A model generated the notes under the pieces. The model saw nothing but the letters and a program-made list of their open reading frames with translations. It did not search any database and was not told the origin of the DNA. Shown here in pieces: positions 45,580 to 54,993 of a stretch of DNA of 64,000 nt; position 1 is the stretch's first letter; each line of letters opens with the position of its first letter. Origin of the DNA: a virus (lineage: Duplodnaviria > Caudoviricetes); IMG/VR virus record IMGVR_UViG_3300044961_000667; one strand, 5' to 3'. A program made the position numbers and the translations under genes.

Positions 45580-47374
45580 TCAGGCCCTACGCCCTTCTCC
45601 TGGGAACAGGATGTCGCTGGCCCTCATGGTGGCGTGGTGCTCTTCATCGATGAGGCCAGCGCGGCGGAGTGACGACAGGTAGTCGGCGAACGTTCCACCC
45701 GACACCTCCATCTCAACCATCTCGGCGAGTTCCTCTCGCGTCATCCAGCTCGGGTACGACGCGACCAGCACGTTCAGCATCTTCCTCGCGCCAGCCTTCA
45801 GGTTCCGGCTCCACATGCTCACCAGCTCGTGAGTCGAGGCCGGCGCCGATCGGGCCGCGGGTCCCAGGAACTGCATCCCGGACGCGGAGATCTTCAGCGA
45901 CTGAGCGTTCTCCTCCACCAACCCAGCCCGACGGAGCGCCGAGAGGTAGTCGGCGAACGTCCCGCCCGACACCGCCATGCCAACCAGGGTGGCCAGCTGC
46001 GGCCTGGTGGTCCACGCGCCCGGTCGCGCCGAGAGAGCGATCAACATCTCCTTCGCCCCCTTCTTGATCGTCACGTCGCCGATCGCCTGCGGTCCCGGCC
46101 GCGCGTACTGCGCGAGAGCCTTCTTCACCGACTCCGGCAATAGACGAGGCTCCGGTGCGCGGGGGCATCGGGTTGTGCGGCGGGTAGAGCCCCGGTCCGA
46201 TCACCTCATGGGGGTTGAAGGCCGGCATCGCCGGTTCGACGTGAGGGCGACCGATTGAACGTGCAATCGATTGCGCAGCATCCTTCGTGTCGGCAGCCGC
46301 ACCGGCCAGCTTCTCCGCCGCCTTCTCCAGACGCTTCAGCTGCTTTTCGGTCAACACCGGAACCTCCTTCACGACTTCCTTGATCTGCACCTTCGTTTCG
46401 GTCGGCCGACTCTTCAGCTCGCCTTCCAGCTGAAGAATGCGACGCTTCAGGAAGTCGGGGTCTGCCTTCTCGGCGTCCTCCACCATCGACTTCAACGACT
46501 CACGCAGCTTGGCGACGTCCACCGCGGCCAGCCTCTTCGGCTCGACGAACTCCTCGCCGAACTCCGGCGTGGCCGACGAGTCGAACGTCAGCTTCCGGTT
46601 CACCTTCACCGTCCGCGACACCTTCAGAAACGACGGGCTCCACAGGTGCGCCATCCCCGTGTCGAGCCCTGGCAGGGTGTCAACCAGACTCAGTTCTTCC
46701 GCCTTCGTCACCTTGTCGCTGACCCACGCGATGATCGCCTTCTTCTCGTGGCTGCCGATCGTGCGGTGAGCGAGCACTGTCCCTGCCTGGTTCAACACCC
46801 GCTTGTGCACCGCCTGCGGCTGCTGAGTGATCAAGGACCAGCCGACGCCGTAGTTGCGCCCGAGCTTCAACAGCCGCTCAACTCGGTTGAGCATGACGCC
46901 TTCGTCCTTCTCGGGCGTCTGAGGGGCGAACGTCTGCGCTTCCTCCCAGAAGACGTGCACCGGCGACTTCGACTTCTTCTTGGCCTGGAAGAACGCCTCG
47001 GCGAAGTCTCGAACGAACCGCTTCGTCTCCGCCGTGGTGAACTCCGACACGTCGAGCACCGCGGAGATCTGCTTCTCCACGAGCACGCTGGCCATCAGCC
47101 CGCCCTACTCTGGCGTGAGCGGCAGATCGCCATGCTCCCCGCCAAAGACTGTGATCGCGAACCCATCCTTCTTGCCGTCCGCAGAGCTTCGCAGCCCCCA
47201 CCAGACGCCCACGGGATCAAGAGCGCCAACCTGCGCCCCGACCTCCAGCATCAGCTCGGCCAACTTGGTCGCGGAGTACGTCTTGCCGCCGCCGCTTTGC
47301 CCCAGGAAGGCGAACTTCTGCGTCACAGCTGCCAGCGGCAGCCCCAACCCATCTGCAAACGCGAGCGTCTTCAT
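45580..47374 (-). pseudogene. HerA/DUF87-like ATPase with tandem wHTH C-terminus, interrupted by an in-frame TAG (47105-47107) and a frameshift (~46140-46200)
   Basis: GQSGGGKT ORF and WEEAQTFAPQ/LITQQPQ ORF are in one frame separated by a single TAG. The GGTFADYL..LRRAGL repeats are in another frame. Confidence 0.7.
46261..46276. promoter_or_regulatory. GTGCAATCGATTGCGC palindrome (copy 4, intragenic)
   Basis: Encodes AQSIA within the ATPase gene. Confidence 0.75.
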
Positions 47375-47380
47375 CGAACC

Positions 47381-47584
47381 TCAGGTGGCGCCGTTCTCGT
47401 AGTAGCAGCCTTGGCCCTTCGACCACGTCCTGTTGAGCCCGGCCTCGGCGAGGATCCTCTTGACACAACTCGGCGAGAGACGGAATCGCTCAGCGAGCCT
47501 CGACACTGACAGCTCCTCGTCCTTGCTTGCGACCATGACGATCCTGTCGACCAAAAGCTCCCTCTCTGCCTTGCGAAGACCCAT
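47381..47584 (-). CDS. Small HTH protein
   Basis: LSVSRLAERFRLSPSCVKRILAEAG. Confidence 0.7.
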   Translation of the reverse strand: MGLRKAERELLVDRIVMVASKDEELSVSRLAERFRLSPSCVKRILAEAGLNRTWSKGQGCYYENGAT

Positions 47585-47619
47585 GCGTTGAACCCTCCGT
47601 GCGCGGCGCGCGTCACGGA

Positions 47620-47652
47620 GAGGACAACGGAACTAACTACTTTGTCAAGAGG
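47620..47652 (-). promoter_or_regulatory. CCTC-TTGACA promoter (poor -10)
   Basis: -35 at 47643-47648 in an AT-enriched intergenic gap. Confidence 0.5.
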
Positions 47653-47681
47653 AGCACACACAGTCTCCTGACAAAACAGCC

Positions 47682-49043
47682 TCAGTTGAGGATGTCGGAG
47701 AGCCGGGCGGCGGGCGGCGTGGTGCCGCGCTCCACCAGCGACATCACGATCGTCGACCACATCTCCTCGATCACCTTCTGGTGCTCGATCGTGGCGTCGC
47801 CAGACTTGCTGCGCTCGTGAGCCATCTCGTGAACGAGCGTCTCCAGCGTGTCCTTCACGGTCTTCAGCATCTGACGACCGACCAGGATGTGCTCGTTCTC
47901 GCGCAGCCCGTGCAGCGACGGGTCCTTGAACTCCGCGATGCGGAACCGGCTGAGCGGCACGTCCGGCGCCCCGAGCGAGGCGAGAGCGAACGCCTTGAGG
48001 AACACATCGCTTTCCTCGGTCGTCAGGTCGCTGACGCCGAAGGTCGCCGAGATCAGGTTCTTCGAGTCCGACTTCACCGTGTTGATGGTGCCGGTCTCCT
48101 CCTTGAGCACCTCCAACATGGCCTCAGGGACGACGATGCCGCGCTTCCCGTAGAATGCAGCCTCCTCCATCTCCTGCGGCTGACGGACCGGGATCGCGTT
48201 CTCACCGAACGTCTCCCGGAAGCGGGCGGCCATCTTCTCGCGGAGCTTGTTGCCGGTGTTCCACGTGTACCGGAGGTGCTCGACGTCGGGCTTGTTCTCG
48301 CGCATCAGGCGGTCGACCATCTCGATCAGATCCGGCCGCAAATCGACGGCCTCGTTCCAGATGGTCGCGGTCACGTTCGAGAGATCCCAGCCGTCGATGA
48401 GCCGGCGGTCGCGGTCGATCTTCGCCACGTTGGGCGGCAGGTCGTAGCCGCAGACGTAGTTGCCCACCTGCTGGACGAAGATGCCGCCCACGTAGATGTG
48501 CCCACGCTTCGACTCGTCGAAGATCACCGCGCCCTTGCTCGTGGCCACCGTGTCAGTCGCCGCCAGCAGGAACAGCAGCTTCCGCTGCAGCGACTCCCAG
48601 TCGGCCGGCTCGACGTCAGCCACCTCGATCTCGATGGCGTTGCGCTCCTTCACGACGCCCTTCTGCACGTCGATGACGAGCACCATCTCGCCGCCGAACT
48701 TCTCCGAAGGGGCGACCTCGGGCACCCACTTGTCGGCGCCAGTGCGGATCACCGTGCGATGCCCACTGTTCACCAGCGCCAGCAACGCCAGCTTGTAGCC
48801 CTCGCCGAAGCGGCCGAGCTGGTCGGTGCGACCCCGCTTGGACGTGTACCCGACGAGCAACGTCCGCGGCTCCAGCGTGGCCCCCTTGGTCACCAAGCGG
48901 ACCATCTTGTCCTTCTCGACGTAGGTGACGGAGAACTCGTGCCCGTCCTTCTTGGCATCGAGGCCGTTCTGCATCAGCTCGCGGATCGCCTCCCAAAGGG
49001 ACCAATCAACGTAGTTCTTGCCAATGGTCATTTCGATTTTCAT
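47682..49043 (-). CDS. GHKL (HSP90/MORC-like) ATPase with C-terminal HExxH motif
   Basis: AIRELMQNGLDA, GRFGEGYK, C-terminal TLVHEMAH. Start MKIEM overlaps the upstream stop (ATGA). Confidence 0.8.
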   Translation of the reverse strand: MKIEMTIGKNYVDWSLWEAIRELMQNGLDAKKDGHEFSVTYVEKDKMVRLVTKGATLEPRTLLVGYTSKRGRTDQLGRFGEGYKLALLALVNSGHRTVIRTGADKWVPEVAPSEKFGGEMVLVIDVQKGVVKERNAIEIEVADVEPADWESLQRKLLFLLAATDTVATSKGAVIFDESKRGHIYVGGIFVQQVGNYVCGYDLPPNVAKIDRDRRLIDGWDLSNVTATIWNEAVDLRPDLIEMVDRLMRENKPDVEHLRYTWNTGNKLREKMAARFRETFGENAIPVRQPQEMEEAAFYGKRGIVVPEAMLEVLKEETGTINTVKSDSKNLISATFGVSDLTTEESDVFLKAFALASLGAPDVPLSRFRIAEFKDPSLHGLRENEHILVGRQMLKTVKDTLETLVHEMAHERSKSGDATIEHQKVIEEMWSTIVMSLVERGTTPPAARLSDILN

Positions 49044-49651
49044 CTTCGTCCTCTCTTGTTCAGCCCGCGCACGCGAGCCATCAGGTCCTTCACTTGAAGC
49101 CGCAACAACGGAACACCATCTTCGAGACGAGTCCGACAGAACCCAAGAACGATGCTGGCAACATCTCGCTTCACCACCAACAGATTGCCTACCGCCGACA
49201 AGAATCCACCAACCTCCTGCGCCGTGTGGAGCTGCCAAACGAAGCAGTCTCGTTGCTTCTTCTTCTTGTTGGGCCTGAACCCGATCGTCCCGACACCCAC
49301 AAGGGCGACTAGCTCCTCCTGCATACATCTTGTGGCGCTCGCCACGCTGACCCTCGGATTGACCCAGCGCTCGCCGTGCTTACCCAGTCCGACGTATCCC
49401 TCCCCGTCCACGATTCCGGCCACCCACCCGAGCTTCTCTTTCGGAAGCCCACGCAAGCGACTTTCAAGTTCGGCCCAAGCGCGCTGTCGAACTCCGTTCC
49501 GAAGTCCTCTGACGATGAGCCAGAAAGCGCTCTCGCTGCACTTGAACCGTGAAACGATCTCGCCGTGATGGACGCCAGACTCGTAGAGCCGTCGGATTTC
49601 TGACTTCTGCTCCTCCGTCAGCCTGGTCTGGAAACCTTTGCTGTTTCCCAT
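49040..49651 (-). mobile_element. Free-standing LAGLIDADG homing endonuclease with N-terminal HTH
   Basis: WVAGIVDGEG; low GC relative to neighbours. Confidence 0.85.
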
Positions 49652-49812
49652 GTCTCAGACTAGCACAAAAGTCAACAGATTCAATTGCTTGCGCCCTCCC
49701 ACAGGCCCCAGTCCACGTAGTTCTTCGCCACCGACAACTCGATCTTCGCCATCTTCGTCTCCTCCTCACATCGCGTTTCAATCGTTCACCGGCGGGAACC
49801 GCCAGCGGTACT

Positions 49813-50853
49813 TCAGAAGGGAATCTCCTCCTCCGACATCTGGCTCAACGTCGCCGCCGCTTCCTCCCGCGGCTTGCTCTCAACCGGCTTGACCGGCGCC
49901 GCCTGGGCAACCAGCCCCAGCCGCTTGAAGATGTCCTCGATGATCTCGACCTGCCGCGCCGTCAGCGGCTTCGACTGGGTCTTGAACTCCTGGAGCATGT
50001 CCTTCTGCTTCACCGAGAGCCGCCCGCTGCCGAGCAGCGCCACCAACTTCTCCTTCGGGCCCGCCACCTGCGCCACCGCCGCCGTCGGCTTGGCTCCGAG
50101 GTAACGCTGCTCCAGCTCGGTCACGATCTCCAACTGCTTCGGAGAGAGGCTGCCACGGTCACCCAGCTGAACTGCGAAGCTCTCCACCATGTCGGCTGCC
50201 TTCGCCGTCATCTTCCCCGTGGCCTGGAGAAGCGCATTCATCCGATTGAGGAGATCCGGACCCGACTCGTCCATGTCCCGCTCTTCCTTCGAGAGAACTC
50301 GTTCGGCGATGGGCGCCTTCTTCGTCGCCTCCGCCTCCAAGGCATCCCAGTCGGTTTCGGCAATCATCCCCGTCGCCACCTCGATCTGCTTCACGGTGAG
50401 CCGGCGACCCTGCTTCAGCTGGGCCAGGATGGAACTGGCGAACCGATGCCACGGCCGAAGAGTGACGTACCGTTCGAGCATCGTCGGGAGCGTCTTCTTC
50501 GCCTCCTCCTGCTGCCTGGCGATGAAGTCCTTCGCCATGCGCTTCCACTCTGCCTTCGAGGTCTCCTTCTTCTTCGACTCGATCTCCGCCGCCGTCATCT
50601 GACGACCGAGCTGGCGCTCGAAGTCCGCCTGCATCTGCGTCCAGTACGCCTCCGACCAGCTGGCCTGCACCAGCGTTGGTCCGCAGGTGCTGCCGACCGG
50701 GCGCGTCGCCTCCCGATCGTCCAGCGGGTGCACGTGGTACTCGTACCTGAGAGGGGAGCCGCAGATGCTGCACCGACCGCTCATGCTGCCGAGGTCAGTG
50801 ACTGATTCGATCGTCCAGCGCCCCTGCTTCGCCAGCTTGCTGATTGCGTCCAT
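49813..50853 (-). CDS. Hypothetical protein with N-terminal zinc finger, L(S/T)xxQ repeats and EEIPF tail
   Basis: CSIC...H...C; repeated LTVKQ/LSPKQ/LSVKQ/LTARQ. Confidence 0.7.
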   Translation of the reverse strand: MDAISKLAKQGRWTIESVTDLGSMSGRCSICGSPLRYEYHVHPLDDREATRPVGSTCGPTLVQASWSEAYWTQMQADFERQLGRQMTAAEIESKKKETSKAEWKRMAKDFIARQQEEAKKTLPTMLERYVTLRPWHRFASSILAQLKQGRRLTVKQIEVATGMIAETDWDALEAEATKKAPIAERVLSKEERDMDESGPDLLNRMNALLQATGKMTAKAADMVESFAVQLGDRGSLSPKQLEIVTELEQRYLGAKPTAAVAQVAGPKEKLVALLGSGRLSVKQKDMLQEFKTQSKPLTARQVEIIEDIFKRLGLVAQAAPVKPVESKPREEAAATLSQMSEEEIPF

Positions 50854-50904
50854 CGTTCCTCTCCTTGGTCCCCCTGGGTTGGGGGAGGCGGTTGGTGTGA
50901 TTCT

Positions 50905-50937
50905 AGAGTGACACCGGTCTTAGGTTTCGTCAAGAGG
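50905..50937 (-). promoter_or_regulatory. CCTC-TTGACG-17-CACTCT promoter
   Basis: -35 at 50928-50933. Confidence 0.6.
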
Positions 50938-50970
50938 CGTGCGACGGGCCATGTCTTTTTCGTTGGAATC

Positions 50971-50999
50971 TTGACAAAGCACACAATGACGGGGACTCT
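50971..50999 (+). promoter_or_regulatory. Divergent TTGACA-17-GACTCT promoter
   Basis: Back-to-back with the minus-strand promoter; no plus-strand CDS follows. Confidence 0.4.
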
Positions 51000-51043
51000 T
51001 GCTTCGTGGACCAAGGGGTCCCCCCCTCCCCTCCTTGGTTGAC

Positions 51044-51070
51044 AGAAGGGCCCCGCGTTGGGGCCCTTCT
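51044..51070. terminator. Perfect 11-bp stem hairpin (agaagggcccc-gcgtt-ggggcccttct)
   Basis: Just downstream of the polX stop; lacks a clear U-tract. Confidence 0.55.
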
Positions 51071-51078
51071 CATTTCCA

Positions 51079-51582
51079 TCACCTGTCGGTCGGCTCCACC
51101 CACGCCATGCCGATCGCGTCCAACACCTCCCGCTCCGTCTTCGACGCGACGAGACGATCGCCCTCGAAGAGGCCGTGCTGACTCAGCTGGAGTCCGCGAG
51201 CGATCGCAGCCTGCCGGCACTTGATGTTGAACAGCTTGCTTCCGGTGCAGTGCAGCATCGCCGACCCGAGCTGATGCGGCTCGACCAGGGTGATGTCCAC
51301 CTGAACGCCGTCGTGCAGCAGCTGCATCTTCGGCTTGCCGTTCTTGGCGCTCCCGCAGCGATCACGGAGCCACTGTTCCGTGTCCATCACCTGCTTCAGA
51401 TCCGCCATGGACACCACGACAACGAGATCGACGTCGCCGCAGGTCGGCTGCAGGCGCCGAATACTCCCGGCGACGTGCACCGACACTCCCAGCTTCTGCT
51501 CCATCTCGCCGCGAATCGCCTCTGCGATCTGAGACGCGTCGTGATTGCTGACACGACGTCCACCCAGCGACTTGCCTCCCAT
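51079..51582 (-). CDS. Minimal family X DNA polymerase (palm and thumb only)
   Basis: VAGSIRR...CGDVDLVV, QVDI, LHCTGSKLFNIKCR, GLQLSQHGLF, EREV...IGMAWVEPTDR; 167 aa. Confidence 0.88.
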   Translation of the reverse strand: MGGKSLGGRRVSNHDASQIAEAIRGEMEQKLGVSVHVAGSIRRLQPTCGDVDLVVVVSMADLKQVMDTEQWLRDRCGSAKNGKPKMQLLHDGVQVDITLVEPHQLGSAMLHCTGSKLFNIKCRQAAIARGLQLSQHGLFEGDRLVASKTEREVLDAIGMAWVEPTDR

Positions 51583-51629
51583 ATCCGCTCCGTTCTCCCG
51601 GCCACTGGCCGGGCGTTGGTGAGGATGGA

Positions 51630-51662
51630 AAGCTACCAGCTTACGCTAGTTTCGTCAAGAGG
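51630..51662 (-). promoter_or_regulatory. CCTC-TTGACG-17-TAGCTT promoter upstream of polX
   Basis: -35 at 51653-51658, -10 at 51630-51635. Confidence 0.75.
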
Positions 51663-52318
51663 AAGGCATCGAGAACGCGCGAGTGCACGTCGTCGAACTC
51701 TCCCATCGCGTTGACGACAGTCCACTTCGTATTCACCTCGATGCCGCCCAGCTGAGACTCCATCTTGAACAGCGCGAGGTAGTTCTCCCTCACGCGCTCC
51801 AGCAGGCCAGGCTGCTTCTCGTACCTGTCTCGTCGCTCCGGACGGCGACGCACCGACTCTGCCGGCGGGATGTCCATCAGAACGACGAAGTCGGGCTCGG
51901 GCAGGAGATCGTGGATCTGCCTGAGCCACTTCGCGTCAATCCCGTCGGCCGCCCCGTAGGCAAACCCCGACGGCCAATACCGATCGAGCACCACGTCGTG
52001 GTCCTCCATCAGCGCCTTGTAGATCTTGTGGACCGCCTCGAAGCGATTCACCGTCATCATGCACTGGAACATGAGCGGGTCGAGCTTCGACGGGTACTGC
52101 GGCGCTCCCTCTTCGTTGGTCGAGAACGCCTTCCACTGCTGCGTCAGGTGCTGCTTGATCGCCTGGCCGAGGGGCGTCTCGTAGTCGGGGAAGCTGAAGA
52201 GCTGCACCTTGCGGCCCCGCATCTTCAGATCCTCGACGAACTTCTTCGAGTGACTGTTCTTGCCCGACGCGTCGATGCCCTCGAACACGTACATCCGGCC
52301 TCTGCGATCTTCGCTCAT
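51641..52318 (-). CDS. tmk: Thymidylate (dNMP) kinase
   Basis: VFEGIDASGK, FPDYETPLG, VVLDRYWPSGFAY, PDFVVLMD, RYEK. Confidence 0.92.
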   Translation of the reverse strand: MSEDRRGRMYVFEGIDASGKNSHSKKFVEDLKMRGRKVQLFSFPDYETPLGQAIKQHLTQQWKAFSTNEEGAPQYPSKLDPLMFQCMMTVNRFEAVHKIYKALMEDHDVVLDRYWPSGFAYGAADGIDAKWLRQIHDLLPEPDFVVLMDIPPAESVRRRPERRDRYEKQPGLLERVRENYLALFKMESQLGGIEVNTKWTVVNAMGEFDDVHSRVLDAFLLTKLA

Positions 52319-52327
52319 CCGGACTTC

Positions 52328-52343
52328 GTGCAATCGATTGCGC
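52328..52343. promoter_or_regulatory. GTGCAATCGATTGCGC palindrome (copy 5)
   Basis: Intergenic, 9 nt upstream of the tmk start. Confidence 0.8.
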
Positions 52344-52354
52344 CCTCCGTCAAG

Positions 52355-52561
52355 CTACAGCTTCTCGGCTTCGGCGAGATCGTGGAGCGCCTTCGCGGCG
52401 TCCATGAACTCCTGCATCGACGACTGGATGAGCCCGGCTTCCGCCGTTTCGTCATCCAGGATGTCCTCGACGAACTCCACCAGCAGCCTGCACTCCGACT
52501 GCCCAGACTGACGCAGCTCCTCCAGCTTCTTCTCGAACGCCGCGGTCGACTTGATTGCCAT
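52355..52561 (-). CDS. Small acidic hypothetical protein
   Basis: TGATG-coupled start MAIKST. Confidence 0.6.
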   Translation of the reverse strand: MAIKSTAAFEKKLEELRQSGQSECRLLVEFVEDILDDETAEAGLIQSSMQEFMDAAKALHDLAEAEKL

Positions 52562-52782
52562 CACTGTCCTCTCTGTTCCGGCATCGGCCATTCGATGCCC
52601 ATCTTCGCCAGCTCTTCGCGCGCCTCCGGACTGCCGTTCAGAAAGTCGGTCAGCGCCTGGATGGCCGTGGTGCTCTTGTCCGCGGGCCGCCCAGGAAGTC
52701 GGCGCGTCGGCGCGGGTGGGTCGTACCGGTGCTTCTGCACCAACGCGTTACCCAGCATCATCATCGTCTTCTTCAGATCCAT
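52561..52782 (-). CDS. Small hypothetical protein
   Basis: MDLKK start after GAGG. Confidence 0.55.
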   Translation of the reverse strand: MDLKKTMMMLGNALVQKHRYDPPAPTRRLPGRPADKSTTAIQALTDFLNGSPEAREELAKMGIEWPMPEQRGQ

Positions 52783-53137
52783 CTTCGTCCTCTCTCGGTA
52801 CGGGCTGCTCGTCCTTGCCCAACAGGAAGCGCAGGAACCCGGTCGTCGACAGCACCTTGTTGATGTTCTCGACGGGGTACGCACGCGGGAAGTCGACCAC
52901 GCACAGGTTCTTCGCCCAGTCGGCGAGACCGGCCTTCAGCATCTTCTGCCGCTCTTCCTTCGCCCAGGCGTGCACGCGCTCGGGGCTCCCGTGCTTCCGC
53001 ATCGAGTACGACTCGGCGTCGTAGGCCACGGAGACCGTGTCGCACATGTACAGGGTCTCCAACCGCTCCCCAGTCTCGTAGTTCACCTCGACGAGGTAGT
53101 ACGAGCCGTGCTCGAAGACGTACTGGTTCTCTCGCAT
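52748..53137 (-). CDS. Hypothetical protein
   Basis: 129 aa, typical codon usage. Confidence 0.65.
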   Translation of the reverse strand: MRENQYVFEHGSYYLVEVNYETGERLETLYMCDTVSVAYDAESYSMRKHGSPERVHAWAKEERQKMLKAGLADWAKNLCVVDFPRAYPVENINKVLSTTGFLRFLLGKDEQPVPREDEDGSEEDDDDAG

Positions 53138-53139
53138 CG

Positions 53140-54993
53140 TCAGTCCGCTGCCTCTTTCAGCTTGCTGAGCTTCTTCAGCAGCAGCTGCAGTTCGTTCTGC
53201 TGCGGCTTTGCGGCAGCCGGCGGCTTGCGTGGAACCATCTTGATCGGCTGCGGAACAACCTTCGGTGCAGGCGCCGCCATGCCGCGCTGCTTCAGGTACG
53301 CCTCCGCGAGCTTCTTGATGTTGTTCTCACCGACGTCCAACTGCTCGATCAACGCCCCCGCGGGGTCGCGCATGCCTTCGATCTGCTGACGCTTCAACCC
53401 CAGGACGTCCGCGACCACCGGATCCGAGCCACTGTCGGACACCAGGAAGTACGCTACGCACGGTTCATCCTGCCCATCACGGTGGACGCGACCGATGCAC
53501 TGCTCGTGGACGCCTGGACTCCAGTCGAGTTCGCCGAACACCACCGTCCGCGCATGGCCCTGGAGGCCATCCAGGCCAGCGCCGGCTCGAAGCGACATCA
53601 TCAACACCTGCGAGTCGCCCTTGGTGAACCTCTCGACAGCTTCGAGCTTCTGCTTCACCGACTCGGAGCCCGTGTACATCACCGGGTTGAACTCCTTCAG
53701 CCGCTCGTGCCAGATGCTGTACACCTCTCGGTGCCACCCGTAGAGCACCACCTTCTCGCCGTTGCCGACCAGCAGCCGGACGAATTCAGCCACGTACGGC
53801 GCCTTCGCGATGCCCGTGGCCTGGCGCAACATCCACGACAGCTCTTCCGCGGCCCGGAGCTTCTCACCCCGCTTCTGCCCACCCTGCTGCAGGATGATCT
53901 GCGCCAGCTCGATCGCCTTCCCGCCGACCCTTTCCAGGGCCTCCATGTCGGCATCGACGTGATGCGGAACCCTGGTGAGCGCAGGCAGCTCTCGACCAAC
54001 GTCTTTCCGCGTCCGGCGCAACATCAGCCCGGCCTCGCGCATGTACAAGCCGAACGCCTTCGGGTCCTTGATGCTGTGCTGCTCGTTCCCGCCCATCGAG
54101 GCCGCGTTGCACCACTCTCGAACAAACTCATCGTAGGTGCCAAGCGCGAGCGGCTTCAGCACCGTCAGCACGTTGTAGATCTCGGACCCGTAGTTGAAGA
54201 TCGGGGTCGCCGACAGCCCCATCTTGAAGTCGGCGCCGTTCGCGATGTGTTTCGCACCCGCGTACTTCGCCGTCCCTCCATGGCGTAGCTCCTGGATCTC
54301 GTCGAACACCACGGTTCTCACCTTGCCGGCGAGCACGTCAGCCCACCCCGCCAGCTTGTGGTAGTTCGTGACGATCACATCAGGGAACGGCACGTCGACC
54401 TCTCTGCGCCCACGCTTCTCCACCGTGAGCGGGTACGGCGTTCCCTTCTTCACGATGTGAACCCGCGTCTCCGGGATGAACTTCTGGATCTCGCGCTTCC
54501 ACTGCTCAGGCAGAGACGTCAGCGTCACGACCAGCGCGGGCAGCGCCATCTTCTCCGTGAAGAGGCAGATCGCCGAGGCGGTCTTGCCCAAGCCCAGGTC
54601 GTCAGCCAGGAGAAGCGCCCCACCCTGAAGCGTCGCCTCCGCGGCGAGCGCCTGGTACGAGCGCGGCGGCAGCGCCATCTTGAACTCTCGGGCCTGGAAC
54701 TTGCCCTCGATGATGTCGCTCAGGCGCTCGGAGTGATCGATGTACTCCTGCGAGCGCCGGTCGAGGTACGCCCTGTCGTCGGGCGACATCTCCAGCGGAT
54801 AGCGATCGATGAACCACTTCAGCTCCCGGCAGTTCTCCGTGGTGTCGCTCAGGATCACCAAGTCGTGCTGCCGCGTGTCGATCTTCTGAAAGAAGCGCTT
54901 CAACCGGATCATCACGTGGGGCTCGCACTCGATGCCCCAGATCCGGTTCGAGCGCCGCACGCGCCCGAATGTCCTCACAACATCGACTCCCAC
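53140..54993 (-). CDS. SNF2-family helicase/ATPase
   Basis: LADDLGLGKT, TNYHK, FDEIQ, LSATPIFN, AGAGLDGLQ, WSPGVHEQCIGRVHRDGQ. Confidence 0.92.
   Translation of the reverse strand: MGVDVVRTFGRVRRSNRIWGIECEPHVMIRLKRFFQKIDTRQHDLVILSDTTENCRELKWFIDRYPLEMSPDDRAYLDRRSQEYIDHSERLSDIIEGKFQAREFKMALPPRSYQALAAEATLQGGALLLADDLGLGKTASAICLFTEKMALPALVVTLTSLPEQWKREIQKFIPETRVHIVKKGTPYPLTVEKRGRREVDVPFPDVIVTNYHKLAGWADVLAGKVRTVVFDEIQELRHGGTAKYAGAKHIANGADFKMGLSATPIFNYGSEIYNVLTVLKPLALGTYDEFVREWCNAASMGGNEQHSIKDPKAFGLYMREAGLMLRRTRKDVGRELPALTRVPHHVDADMEALERVGGKAIELAQIILQQGGQKRGEKLRAAEELSWMLRQATGIAKAPYVAEFVRLLVGNGEKVVLYGWHREVYSIWHERLKEFNPVMYTGSESVKQKLEAVERFTKGDSQVLMMSLRAGAGLDGLQGHARTVVFGELDWSPGVHEQCIGRVHRDGQDEPCVAYFLVSDSGSDPVVADVLGLKRQQIEGMRDPAGALIEQLDVGENNIKKLAEAYLKQRGMAAPAPKVVPQPIKMVPRKPPAAAKPQQNELQLLLKKLSKLKEAAD

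Noticed and set aside
47105-47107. Genome-wide TAG recoding (genetic code 15)
   Set aside because: TAG is a genuine stop elsewhere (protease gene at 1335-1337, RuvC-like gene at 21300-21302), and other genes are not fragmented by TAG.
48257-48272. Second parS-like sequence TGTTCCACGTGTACCG
   Set aside because: 14/16 match, but both mismatches break the palindrome in one arm and it lies in coding sequence (RYTWNT); likely chance.
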